NCBI GenBank assembly: GCA_951406725.2
Contig: OX597820.1
Location: forward strand, 127,534,001-127,598,000
DNA from: Octopus vulgaris
Taxonomy: Eukaryota
DNA: 64,000 nt
Direction of reading: 5' to 3'
Positions within the stretch are counted from its first letter, which is position 1. The number at the start of each line of letters is the position of its first letter. The notes below the pieces were generated by a model that saw only the letters and a list, made by a program, of their open reading frames with translations, did no database searches and was not told the DNA's origin. The position numbers were made by a program, and so were the translations under genes. Of the stretch, positions 38,576 to 49,639 are shown one piece after another.

Positions 38576-41500
38576 GTTCCAAGTTATGTCATGGAGAGCT
38601 CTTCAAACCATCCATGTCACCGCCTCAGTATTCCTGCAGCTAGGTTATTCTGGTGTCGTCATTGCATGCAGATATTTGAAGATCCAATCACTCGGTGGCG
38701 GCACAGCAAAACTTGTCTTAATTCTTCGTCTCGCAATGTAAAGAAAGACAGAGATGGACGCACAATGCAAGTATTTGTCAATGCTGACAATTTATCACAC
38801 TGCCAACGCGAGGAGAACAAATTAAAATCAGTTAGCCGTGGTGTTGGCACAGGTAAATCTCCAAGTGCAGACTTACGGTGTCGAATATGCAAGAAAACTT
38901 TTCTGTCAATTGAAGAAATGCGTACACATGTGCGGACGCCATGCCGTAAACGCCCATCCATGGGTATTTCTAAACACAAATACACAGCAAGGCATAAAGA
39001 CATGGGTGCTCCTATTCAAATTCCAGATTCAACATCTGAAATTATTTACATTAAAGATGGTCACCAAACTGTATTCTCATTGGAGTCTCAGTCTTCTCAG
39101 CCTGAAGGTATAAAAACCGAACCTGTTGAACCCCAACCCTCAAATTTTAAAGAGAATGCATTTCAATATGGTTCTTGTGGAGAAGACGAAGTGATTATCA
39201 TTCCAGATACATTTGATAATACTAGCAATCTTAACACTATCGAACAGACTGTTGAGATTACTGCTGTTGAAATGGTTCCGCCTGTTGTTTCCAAAAGTGA
39301 AGAAATTATGAAGCAATGTTGTAAAAGTAAAGAAAACAAAGAGAACAATGTTCGCAAACGGAAACGTGTTATACCGAAAGAGATTGAAGAACGACCTAAT
39401 CTCAAGACCAATGTCACAAGTTCTCCCAAAGGGGATCAACAGATCCCATCAGCACCACTGCCGTCAGTTACTGAAACACCACCCAAAGATGTCCCAGATG
39501 ATGTTGAATCCTCTATGGTGAAAATTGCCAAGGTGATGAAAGATTTGGAGGACCTACTTCTTAAACAACCTACCACGGAAAATGAAGTTGATGAGAAGAT
39601 TGAAGAATTTCCTTCTGATGATTCAAAAGGCTTGGTAACTGACAACCTTCCAAATGATGTCATCACTCAGTTGTGTGAAGATGCTCCTGAAAAAGTTGAA
39701 ATACCACCTGACAAAGATGTTTCCTCTGATGAAAATGCTGAATCCTGTCTAAAGGATCTCCTCTTCACATCTGTCAAAATGAAAAACCAAGTTAAGTTGT
39801 CTCCCAAGAATGTAAAAAGCATCAACCTGTCAGCTGTGTCCCCACAGAAAACAAGCAATAGTAACAGCAAGTGTACCGTTCGGAAGGATCTGAACAAGTC
39901 TAGTCTCTCACCTGTGCCACAAGATAACCTTTGTTTGGACTTGTTCATGCCCGTCAATGCATGCTCGGTGACACTTCCTGACCCTCTGCTTGACATAAAG
40001 AACGGGATGCCTGCAGAGGTATTACTTGATGAAACCACCAGCACAAAACCACCGGTTGCAGCTGCATTACTCGAAACTATTTCATCACGGGATTCAGCTG
40101 AGTTGAAAGAGGAAAACAAACTGCCATCATATATTTTTGAAGGAGACCTTCTTCCGTTACAGGAGCATTCTGATGTTCTTTTTGAAGAATCAACTATTGA
40201 TGAAAAAGAAAGTTCTGAAGAAAGTATCATTCAACCTGTTGAAGAAGTGACAGAAGTAAAAGACTGCTTATCATCCTCTACTGATATGGTTGCTACTGAG
40301 AATGAGCAGCCCCTTAAGAAGGTTTTTCAGGATAAGGCACTGGTATCTACCGTCTCAGAACCATTAATAAAAGAATCATCAGTTTCTGAAATGATCAGCT
40401 TTGAAATACCAGTAGAGGAGATTCAAGCAATTCCTAATGAGTTTCAAGTTACATCACTGGACTCTGCTTCTGACGAAATGACTGAAGATGATATATCTAA
40501 GGTGAAAGAACATAAAGAGGTAGTTCAGCAGTCAGATCTTCACCTGGAAGATCAACACTCAGATCCTCATGTGGAAGATCAACAGCCTTATGAGGTTCAG
40601 CTGAAAGATCAACAGCCTGATGAGGTTCAGCTGAAAGGTCAACAGCCTTATGAGGTTCAACTGAAAGGTCAACAGCCTGATGAGGTTCAACTGAAAGGTC
40701 AACAGCCTGATGAGGTTCAGCTGGAAAGTCATGAGCCAGCTGTTCAGCAAGAAGATCAACAACCAGAACTTGAGATGGAAAAACCTCAAGCAAAAGAGTA
40801 TCAAGTGAGAGAGCAGCCAGAAGAACATCAAATGAAAGAAATTAAGGCGGAGGAATGTAAAATGGAAGAACATAAGGTGGAAAGGCCACATATAAAAGAC
40901 CACCATAAAGAACATCATCAGATTGAAGAGGTGGATGAAATACCTAACAGGGAAGAGGAATTAGAGCCTCAAGAGGAAGAGCCATCTCGGCAAAAAGAAA
41001 GGAAAATTTTTAGTGGGAAACATGAAAGTGAACTAAAACTGCAAAAGTCTCCAAAGTTATTCAAGTGTAAAGCTTGCAGTAACACATTCAAAACATCCCA
41101 AGCGTTGCAGAAACATTCTCGTGTCCCCTGTAAAGTGAAGCATACTCGCAGTTTGTGTCAGAAAATTCTACGTCCAAAGCGACCATGTGTTAAAATTGAA
41201 AAGAAACCTGTGAAGAAGAAAGTAGTGAAACCACCTAAACGTCCAAAGCTTATGGTTCCTATTGTTCCTATAACACGACAAGAAGTAGTGCGTCCAGCCA
41301 CACCGAAAAGGCCACGTCGTTTCTCCAGACGCAAACGAAGAAAATCTTCTTTTATTGATGAACAAAAACGTATTCTACCTTTTGTCAATGTTCTTATGTC
41401 AGAACTCTCTGTTAAAGATCTCTTTTTTTACAAGTTGGGCTTAATTAATAACTCTTGCAAACCCACCCCCTCTACATCTACATCTGAAGTAATGTCAGAG

Positions 41501-44500
41501 ACACTATCAATATGTAAACTGGGGAAAGACAAGTCTTTGATTGTTCGTAGAACTTCTGCTGATCTTCCTCCATTTGATAACAACCTAGAAATGACGAATT
41601 CCTCAGTACACCCTGTTGACTCTGCATTAATTAGTGGTGTTTTTAATGACTGTTCTCTTCCAGAAGGCAAAAGAAAACCTTCTGTTGATATCAGTTATAT
41701 GCCAGTACTTGAATCAATGACTTCTGCAACTGATGAAGATTGCTTTGAACATGAAAATCATCAAAGCCAAGATCATTCAAAAAACGATATAGAAGATGCA
41801 GCAGCCTCGTCTCTTGAGATCTCTGTACCTCAAGCTAAAAGTGATAGTAACTTTCAGAATCAGCCTTCTGTGCTTTGTAAAGAAGAAAATTTATCATTGA
41901 AGAAAGACAGTGATTTATCTTCAGTTACCTGTGATCTTAAAGATTCTTTCACCACAGATGATAAAAGTAAGACCTGCACTGACTCTGACCAGTCTGAACC
42001 AGAATCTCTTCCCGTTTTCCATACTTCAGATTCGGTAAAGTTACTGAGAAAGAAACTCCGACAAGAATGCAGCAACCCTATTTCTATCCTAGCTCAAGAT
42101 TCAAGGAATCAACATTTATCTACAAATGAATTGTGCAAACCTCCAACTTTAGATTCTGCCAGTGATGATGCGAAGAGTGAAACCAAAAAGCATACGGTTT
42201 TTGAAGGAGATCAATATCTGACTCAAAAATCTGAACAACAGACAACAATAGAGAAAATTGATAATTCTTCTGTTAATGATAGCAAAAAAAGAACTCAGAC
42301 AGGAAAAGAACCTTCAAATTCGTCTGCTGTTTCATCAGATATTTCACCACTTGTCTCAAATGAAACTCTTGCTCAGTCTAATTCTTTAGCAAACCAGTCT
42401 CGAAATTCTTCTTTGTCTCCATTGGTATCTAGTCTTAAAGATGCAACAGACATAACCCCTGCCACCGACAACAATAGTGATTTCCATAGTAAATCTGATT
42501 TAGATTCTGAAAATAAATCTTCAGATGTAAATTCTGAAAATGAGTCTTCCACTTCACTACCTCCTTTTGACATTGATGATAAAAATGTTAGAACTGAATG
42601 GCTTGGTGTATGCTTGCCCAGCCAAAGGTCTCAGTCACCCAACATACCAGCTGCTGATTCTCCAACAAGTGACAAACACTTGGACTTTGAACATTTAGTT
42701 GATAATCACAAGCAATCAACTGATGTCAGTGTTTCACTCTGCAGTACTCAACCTCTTCATATAGAGACTTCCAACTCATTATCTAAGAAGCTAGATGTTA
42801 GCCACTCTGCAAAGCAACGTCATTTTAGCGACATCTTTGGCAATGAAAAATCTTCTTTAGTTGAAAAAGATAATTCTAATGATCAACACTGTCAGATATC
42901 TCCATCAAAAGAAAGATCTAAGCGCCATTTTACTGACTTCTTGAGTTCACTCAGTGAAAATTCTGTCAACAATGCACAGCATCCAGAACCTACTCATTTG
43001 CCAGAATGTACTTTATCCAGGAGAGATAATATTTCAAAGACTTGTGGAAATTCTTCATCAAATCAAATTGCCAAGAGATCTGATGCTGATCCCTGTGTTT
43101 CCTGCCAACATGCTGCTGATACTGCCCAGAATGTTAATCAGACTTGCCATAATGCTAGATGTGTTCCTGAAGAGGCTAAAAACCCTATGGTGGATGTAAA
43201 TAAAAGCCATCAAATTTCTCCTGTCAAAAAACGCACACACTGTTATTGCGGCTCAGCTGTTCCTAGTGTTAGTATTGAACCAGCCAATGCCATGCACAGA
43301 TCTCAATGTCCATGCTGTCAACATCAGGTATCTGATCCATTAGAGCCCGGATCTGCTGATGCTGGATCCATTTCAAAGAGCTGTCTTCATACTGATAATG
43401 TCAGCGATTCAGTCATTTCTTCCTTTGATTCTTGTGCTCAGGGTTGTCCCTTGAAAGTTCCAGACAATACGCTTCATGATAACGCTCATGCAGCTGCCCA
43501 TGTCTTATCCCTTGTTTCCTTACCTTCTAGTTCTGTGCATATGAACATGGCCTGGTCCACTAATGTGTGTCGAGCTGCCTTGTCTGCAGACTCATCAGGA
43601 GATCCTTGTGCATTTTCCAAACAAACTACTTTATGTGTCCCTTTGAATTCGTCTACAAAAACCGGTGGTGGGACAGAATCTCCTTTGCAGAATTCTTCGT
43701 TGCAACATCATCATTGTCGTCATCATCATCATCACTCATGTATACCCACTACTCCTCCTACCTCTTCCACATCATCATCATCATCATCATCATCATCGTT
43801 GTCTGGCTGTATAACATCTATATCATCATCTACTGCGACTGTTTGTAGCACTACTACTCCTTCTAGCACTGCTACTAGTAGTAAAGATGTCCATAAACCA
43901 AACATTACTTTAAACGCGGATTCCATTACAGAGGTCCCTGATAAAAACTTAACACCAACATTGTGTGTTGCTGCAACGAACAGTACTGAACACAGCAACG
44001 ACTGCTGCTCCACTGCTGCTAATGCGCTCACAATAGTTGTAGAGAATACTGATAGCAGTGCCACTGCGTCCAACACCAACCGTATTGCAGTGGCTGCGTC
44101 TTGTTCTGAATCTTCATCTAGCGAGACACAAACTAGATGTAACTGTTCAGGGAAGTTTTGCCTTCCGAGGCAGAAATTAAAAGGCGCCCTCTGTTTGGGT
44201 AACAACGAAGACAAACTGTCAGTGTTTTGTAATTGTTGTAGTAGTAATAATAGTAGCAGTAGTATTAACAGTAATAATAATAATAACATACATCACCTAC
44301 ACCATCATCACCATCACCATCATAACTGCAATAGTAACACAGCTAGTAGCTTTTTAAATGCAAAGGGGCCACTAATTCCTGAGTCTGTGGCGTGTCTCTG
44401 TAGTAAAAGGTTAGAGACTCGGTCAGCTGTTCTTAAAGGAGAATCAAATGTAAAGTCCTATAAAAATCCATTCCAATCTCGAGTTATACCATCTTCAGTT

Positions 44501-45268
44501 ATCTGTGTTAAGCGATCCCTTAATCCAAGAATATCAGTCGCTACACAGACTGAATCCAGCTTCTTGAAGGAAGTTAAGGTTGTTCCGGCTGTCTCTTCGA
44601 CAAGTGAAGCAACAAAAACTTGTGATAGTATCAAGGTAACTACTGACCCCAGCCGTTCCTCTTCCCTTCAGACTTGTCCAAAGCAAATTCCTGAACCACC
44701 CTCTTTGGAGCAGCAGCTGACTTCTGAAGAAGTTGTCCAAGAAGAGATTCTCCTTGATGCAAATACACTTCCTGTTGTGGGAGAGACATTGATAAATAAT
44801 CAACTTCCTGCAGCCGGGAGCGAAGAAATCCAATCCGACACTGAACGTAAAGACAGTCCAGTTTCAAATTCATTACTATGCGCGTCTGACTCGACTCAGC
44901 TTGCTTGTTCAAGCAAGGCTTCAAACAGTGTGAGTAGTTCTCCCACTAACATCCCTACTTCCATTGGGGCCACTGAATTAATGGCAGTAAGTAGCGTTGG
45001 TTCCGAGTCCAATGTGTATGTTCAGTATGTCGGCGAGTTTGATCCCTCATTGCTGCCTGAGGAAGTTACATTTGTGATCATACAAGGCGAATCAGGGGAG
45101 GGTGTGCCAGTTGCTGATGGGCAGAGCTTAATTATTGAAGGGTCTGGATTCGAAGAACCCACTGATGGCACATCTGTTCCTCTGCAAGCTAACATACCAG
45201 TTGCTTATGCTCTGCAGCAGCGAGAGGATATTGCAGGAGATTCTGAATGTATTGTATCAGAAATGTAG
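38576..45268 (+). CDS. Terminal coding exon of a large, mostly disordered nuclear protein with three C2HC zinc fingers
   Basis: 6.7-kb uninterrupted ORF after a polypyrimidine acceptor (tttctctcattttag|, 38575). Cx2Cx12Hx3-4C fingers at 38654-38716, 38879-38944 and 41066-41131. Basic NLS-like PKRPRRFSRRKRRK; acidic, Ser-, His- and Asn-rich low-complexity regions. Confidence 0.93.
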   Translation, partial: VPSYVMESSSNHPCHRLSIPAARLFWCRHCMQIFEDPITRWRHSKTCLNSSSRNVKKDRDGRTMQVFVNADNLSHCQREENKLKSVSRGVGTGKSPSADLRCRICKKTFLSIEEMRTHVRTPCRKRPSMGISKHKYTARHKDMGAPIQIPDSTSEIIYIKDGHQTVFSLESQSSQPEGIKTEPVEPQPSNFKENAFQYGSCGEDEVIIIPDTFDNTSNLNTIEQTVEITAVEMVPPVVSKSEEIMKQCCKSKENKENNVRKRKRVIPKEIEERPNLKTNVTSSPKGDQQIPSAPLPSVTETPPKDVPDDVESSMVKIAKVMKDLEDLLLKQPTTENEVDEKIEEFPSDDSKGLVTDNLPNDVITQLCEDAPEKVEIPPDKDVSSDENAESCLKDLLFTSVKMKNQVKLSPKNVKSINLSAVSPQKTSNSNSKCTVRKDLNKSSLSPVPQDNLCLDLFMPVNACSVTLPDPLLDIKNGMPAEVLLDETTSTKPPVAAALLETISSRDSAELKEENKLPSYIFEGDLLPLQEHSDVLFEESTIDEKESSEESIIQPVEEVTEVKDCLSSSTDMVATENEQPLKKVFQDKALVSTVSEPLIKESSVSEMISFEIPVEEIQAIPNEFQVTSLDSASDEMTEDDISKVKEHKEVVQQSDLHLEDQHSDPHVEDQQPYEVQLKDQQPDEVQLKGQQPYEVQLKGQQPDEVQLKGQQPDEVQLESHEPAVQQEDQQPELEMEKPQAKEYQVREQPEEHQMKEIKAEECKMEEHKVERPHIKDHHKEHHQIEEVDEIPNREEELEPQEEEPSRQKERKIFSGKHESELKLQKSPKLFKCKACSNTFKTSQALQKHSRVPCKVKHTRSLCQKILRPKRPCVKIEKKPVKKKVVKPPKRPKLMVPIVPITRQEVVRPATPKRPRRFSRRKRRKSSFIDEQKRILPFVNVLMSELSVKDLFFYKLGLINNSCKPTPSTSTSEVMSETLSICKLGKDKSLIVRRTSADLPPFDNNLEMTNSSVHPVDSALISGVFNDCSLPEGKRKPSVDISYMPVLESMTSATDEDCFEHENHQSQDHSKNDIEDAAASSLEISVPQAKSDSNFQNQPSVLCKEENLSLKKDSDLSSVTCDLKDSFTTDDKSKTCTDSDQSEPESLPVFHTSDSVKLLRKKLRQECSNPISILAQDSRNQHLSTNELCKPPTLDSASDDAKSETKKHTVFEGDQYLTQKSEQQTTIEKIDNSSVNDSKKRTQTGKEPSNSSAVSSDISPLVSNETLAQSNSLANQSRNSSLSPLVSSLKDATDITPATDNNSDFHSKSDLDSENKSSDVNSENESSTSLPPFDIDDKNVRTEWLGVCLPSQRSQSPNIPAADSPTSDKHLDFEHLVDNHKQSTDVSVSLCSTQPLHIETSNSLSKKLDVSHSAKQRHFSDIFGNEKSSLVEKDNSNDQHCQISPSKERSKRHFTDFLSSLSENSVNNAQHPEPTHLPECTLSRRDNISKTCGNSSSNQIAKRSDADPCVSCQHAADTAQNVNQTCHNARCVPEEAKNPMVDVNKSHQISPVKKRTHCYCGSAVPSVSIEPANAMHRSQCPCCQHQVSDPLEPGSADAGSISKSCLHTDNVSDSVISSFDSCAQGCPLKVPDNTLHDNAHAAAHVLSLVSLPSSSVHMNMAWSTNVCRAALSADSSGDPCAFSKQTTLCVPLNSSTKTGGGTESPLQNSSLQHHHCRHHHHHSCIPTTPPTSSTSSSSSSSSSLSGCITSISSSTATVCSTTTPSSTATSSKDVHKPNITLNADSITEVPDKNLTPTLCVAATNSTEHSNDCCSTAANALTIVVENTDSSATASNTNRIAVAASCSESSSSETQTRCNCSGKFCLPRQKLKGALCLGNNEDKLSVFCNCCSSNNSSSSINSNNNNNIHHLHHHHHHHHNCNSNTASSFLNAKGPLIPESVACLCSKRLETRSAVLKGESNVKSYKNPFQSRVIPSSVICVKRSLNPRISVATQTESSFLKEVKVVPAVSSTSEATKTCDSIKVTTDPSRSSSLQTCPKQIPEPPSLEQQLTSEEVVQEEILLDANTLPVVGETLINNQLPAAGSEEIQSDTERKDSPVSNSLLCASDSTQLACSSKASNSVSSSPTNIPTSIGATELMAVSSVGSESNVYVQYVGEFDPSLLPEEVTFVIIQGESGEGVPVADGQSLIIEGSGFEEPTDGTSVPLQANIPVAYALQQREDIAGDSECIVSEM
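40577..40726 (+). repeat. Coding 30-bp minisatellite, 5 units ([DG]QQP[YD]EVQL[KE])
   Basis: g(a/g)tcaacagcct(t/g)atgaggttca(a/g)ctgaaa x5, with degenerate units on either side. Confidence 0.95.
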
Positions 45269-45932
45269 CTCCATTAAGGATTATCTAGCAAAAACCAAGG
45301 TAAAAAAAAAGAAAATGAAATATTCAAGGTCTCTCACTGTCTCCCATCTCCCATAAAAAATGGCAATCATTACATTCTTTTCTGCTAATTTTTAATAAAT
45401 TGAAATTTAAAAAAATTTATTTTACCATGATTTCTATTATAAATTCTCAGACATTTCCCCCAGCCCATTTTTTTTTTTTTTTTTATCTGAAAGATTATTT
45501 ACAAGTGAATATTGAAATACTGGTTTTATTTTTCCATCTTGGTCATGTTGTAAATATTGATATTCTTCAATGATTTCTTGGTATTCTTCAAGGTTTGTCC
45601 TTGAATCTGTTGCTTATTTAATGTGAAGTTCATTGTGAACAAAAAAAAAAACCTTCTGATTCTACTCAAATTTCTGACGATTGATGATGGATAGCCGACT
45701 GAACCACTTAAATTAACTGTTTATACCTGTTTTTGATGTACAGTTTATAACATTTGGTATTAATGTCCTTATTGATGGTTGTTTTGTATGTATGTGTGAG
45801 TGTATGTATAAAAATATGCCTATATATTCCTACTGTGTGTATATGTCAGTTTGGAAACTTGTCTGTCTGTGGCACGTTTATTTGTCATTTATTACAGTTA
45901 TTTATAGCTAAATACTTTCAATTTATATATAT

Positions 45933-45963
<31 letters not shown>

Positions 45964-47030
45964 ATGATAATGTCATGTCTAAATGACTTCCTGTAAAATG
46001 TAAGAACTCTTGTTTTTTTTTTTTTTTTTCTGCGTCATTTCCAAAAGTTTCAAGAGTATATAACATTCTATTCCAGTGTGGTTACTGGTAAACTATAGTA
46101 CTGCCTTTGATTTGGTCACAGCTACTAGATTTAAAAAGAAAAGGAAAAAAAAAATGCAGTTCTACTTGTATAAATTTGCTGGCTGCCCATATTAATGCTG
46201 CTAGGTCCACAGCTTTATTATAAATTGTCTGTAAGAAACATCTGTGAGTTTATATATATATATATATTATATATATAATTATTTATTTATTTATTCAAAA
46301 GGAGTATAAACTTCTGTTTGAATTCCAGTCATATCACATATAGATAATAGTAAAATGAAAATGAAAAAAGATATATTGAAAACTACCGTCTTCATAAGAG
46401 GTTGAAAACAGTTACCCGAAGGGAAAGATTGGTTTCCCTATCAAAGAATAAAGAATGATTATTACTCTGTGAACTTTTCAGTGTTTTTTTTCCCTCCTCC
46501 TTCAGATTTAGCATATCATTACATTAATGTTACATCCTTAAATACTTATTTCACATACTAGTGCTTGACCCTTTTTGAACAAAAAATGTTTCTACTTGTG
46601 GATAATCACAGCCATTGACTTTCCATCAGATTTTTGATGCTTATTCTTGACAGCTAAGTGAAATGATGTGTGTGTGTGTGCGTATATGTATGTATGTATG
46701 TATCTATAATATTATATAATATATATGTATGTATGTGTGTTGTCTGTATGTATGTATTTATATATAATGTGCATATATACATACGTATGTATATGTAGAA
46801 TGTCCTGCTCCGGCACAACGAAACAACTGTAGCAGATTTGCTGGAAAAAAAGAAAACCAAACAAAACAAACATAAATCAAACCAATTGGCCAAAATGCCT
46901 CTACAGTTTATCATTCTTTTCTTCTTTTATATGATTTTTTTTTCTTTTGTTTTATTTTACATAAAAACACTGTTTCTATATAAAAAAAAATGTATGAATT
47001 CAATTTTTTGTGAAGTGTTGAGAATTTATG
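45269..47030 (+). other. Probable 3' UTR of the zinc-finger gene
   Basis: U/A-rich and free of recognisable TEs directly after the stop. AATAAA at ~45394 and ~46446. The true end is not determined. Confidence 0.45.
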
Positions 47031-47439
47031 AAAAATTTTCTATATATTTATTGACTTTCAGTTTAGTAAATATTCATTAGAGATCCAAGCGTGTGATTGG
47101 GCGTCAAAATGAAATTGAAGAATTTACTTCTTTTTGTTTTACTGTTTACTTTGGCCAGTGCCATAGAGCAAGCGGTAACCATCGGCTAAATTTGGCATTG
47201 CAGCACAATTCCACTGTTGAAGCTATATCACTTTTCTTATGCTGTTAATGTCTTAAAAAACATCACATTTCCAGTTTTGTTTACATTTAAGGTATCCTCT
47301 GTTTAGCAAATAACATAAAAATGACACCAGGTAACACGAATTTTGTCCTTGGGTAGCAACTGTTATTTCCTATTTGCTTACCTGTAGAAAGTATGACAGG
47401 TGACGGTCGTTTAGAGAATGCGCAGGCTAAAACTATGCA

Positions 47440-47790
47440 CCTTCACTAGTCAGTTATGGTGAGACAGCGTCACATGACAACTTGCTGGAGCCTAGCAGCT
47501 GGTATTTAAAGGGAAAAATTTGACAAGTCAGTCAGTCACCGGCTGACACTTGCTGCTGGTACATCGAAGAGGCCAGGGAACAGAAGAAAGAAGACATGCA
47601 CCCAACATCAGAGCTGAAGACACCACTGAAAGGGGGCAGGGGGGCCCGCTACATCAAAACGGTAGAGGAGTAGGGGCCGAAACTGGACGTGGTTCCTCCT
47701 GATGATGTCTTAAGCTAACTGGATCCTATAAAGGAGCTGTTGTGGTAGCAGACCACGAAACACGGTTGTAATTCCTGTCTAATATTTCTG
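47440..47790 (+). mobile_element. Candidate Penelope-like pseudo-LTR remnant with decayed hammerhead cores
   Basis: TATA-like TATTTAAA (47503-10), agtcagtcagtc Inr-like motif, GGCCC...GGGCC-GAAA (47643-47682) and CTGATGA-T-GTCT...AGAC..GAAA (47699-47760). Confidence 0.45.
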
Positions 47791-47794
47791 TCAA

Positions 47795-47958
47795 ACTTTA
47801 TTCAAACCCCGAAGAATCTCCCTCAACACATGGCTATGATGGCTCCCCCACTACTACATCTCATAATCAGAGATGCACATATTGTCAGCTATTAAGGGAT
47901 ATGTTCAAGCGGTTAACGTCAAGCAAATCTGTGGTATTGAACAGAATATTTGCTGTAA
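47795..47958 (-). mobile_element. Interspersed repeat shared with 63830-64000
   Basis: caagcaaatctgtggtattgaacagaatatttgctgta is the reverse complement of tacagcaaatattctgctcaatactacagatttgcttg at ~63932-63969. Confidence 0.7.
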
Positions 47959-48213
47959 TGATATTTCTGCTTCAGCAACTTGTGTAATGGAAAATAGGTC
48001 AGTTTTGAAACATGGTGTCCAGTTCACAAACAAAATTTGAAGAGAATAGTACTGATTTCTTTTGATTTCTAGACAGAAGCAAATAGGAAATAACTCTTGA
48101 TGACCAAAGAAAAAGAAAATTGAAAAAATAAACATTTTGTTAGTGTAATATAACATCCTTAAGCTCTCTACTACATAATCAGCAATACTAACAAACTGAT
48201 TATTAGATTCTGT

Positions 48214-48549
48214 GAAGGCGCATGGCTCAGTGGTTAGAGCGTCGAGCTTACGATCGTGACGTGAGCTCGAATCCCGGACTGGGCTGCGTGTTGTGTTCTT
48301 GAGCAAGATACTTTATTTCACGTTGCTCCAGTTCGCTTAGCTGTAGAAATGAGTTGCGACGTCACAGGTGCCAAGCTGTATCGGCCCCTTTGCCTTTCCC
48401 TTGGATAACACTGGTGGCGTGGAGAGGGGAGGCCGGTATGCATGGGCGACTGCTGGTCTTCCATAAACAACCTTGCCCGGACTTGTGCCTGGGAGGGTAA
48501 CTTTCTAGGTGCAATCCCATGGTCTATGTCGTTACCGAAGGGGGTCTCA
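48214..48549 (+). mobile_element. Full-length young tRNA-derived SINE, family D, with perfect 16-bp TSD
   Basis: TSD GATTATTAGATTCTGT at 48198-48213 and 48550-48565. A box TGGCTCAGTGG, B-box-like GAGCTCGAATCC, and a cttgagcaag central core. Confidence 0.92.
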
Positions 48550-49159
48550 GATTATTAGATTCTGTTTCATAATTGTTTCAAATTCTGATACAAAGCCTGC
48601 AATCTTGAGGGTAGGGACCCCAGTGCTTGACTGGTACTTCATTCTATTGACTTTGAATGGATGAAAGGCAAAGTTATCCTCAATGATATTTGTAAAGAGC
48701 TGGAAGAATTGCTGCATTTTGTCTCAAGCACCAACGGTTTTGCCAGCTCTTTCCCTTAGGGGTTTGTATTATTATGAATCAGGTTATAGGACTGATCCTT
48801 CTGGGTAAAAAAAAAAAAAGTAAGAACTCCCAATTCTCACAGATGAATGAATCTGTCATAAAAAATGAAATTCCCCTTCTCTCCTTACAGCATATACAAA
48901 CTTACCCAAACTTAGGAATTTCATTATAATTTTTGCTATTGTAAACCATCGCTAGTTTCCTTGGACTGAATTTACTATAATATAGATTGATAGGTACCTC
49001 TATTTCACCAACACTACCAACAGCTTTGAGTTTTTTTATTTTCATTTTACGATGATGATGATGAAGTTTCTTAATCCTGCATTTATCTTACATAAATCAA
49101 ATATTCTTAAGTCTCTTCCACATTTTTTTCATTGTGTTCTCAGCTCTGGCTCCCAGGAA

Positions 49160-49202
<43 letters not shown>

Positions 49203-49212
49203 TGCTTCCTGC

Positions 49213-49244
<32 letters not shown>

Positions 49245-49309
49245 GTGTGTGCGTGTGTGTGTGTGTATATATATATGTGCAGGCATAACGGTATAGGTGC
49301 TAGAATAGC

Positions 49310-49625
49310 TGTGTGTCACCTTGAGCAAGTGTCTTCTATAATTTTCAGCTGATCAAAGCGTTGTGAATAGGTTTGGTAGATGAAAGCTGAAAAGAAGCCC
49401 ATCATATATATATAGATATGTCTGTCTGTGTGTTTTCTCCACTGTTTGACAGTTGGTGTTGGTGTGTTTATGTCCTTGTGTCTATGTCTACAAAAGAGAC
49501 TCGGAGAATAATTAATTACAAGGCTTAAAAAAAAAAATTACTGGGGTTGATTCATTTAACTAAAATTCTTCAAGGTGGTCCCCAACATGGCTGCAGTCCA
49601 GTGACTGAAACAAGAAAAGGATAAA
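49310..49625 (+). mobile_element. SINE, family B (5'-degraded)
   Basis: caccttgagcaagtgtcttctata...gactgaaacaagaaaaggataaag. Confidence 0.8.
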
Positions 49626-49639
49626 GATGTGTATGTTTA

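Noticed and set aside
38586-38741. Out-of-frame ATG ORF overlapping the start of the big exon
   Set aside because: Not a uORF if translation starts at 32718; relevant only if that exon is skipped.
40617-40700. CTGATGA...GAAA-GGTC hammerhead-like core repeated in the coding minisatellite
   Set aside because: Stem II is only ~3 weak pairs and stem III cannot form. The motif is explained by the PDEVQLKGQ codons.
39140-44924. Multiple antisense and alternative-frame ORFs inside the large exon
   Set aside because: Shadow ORFs of a real coding sequence, with no independent signals.
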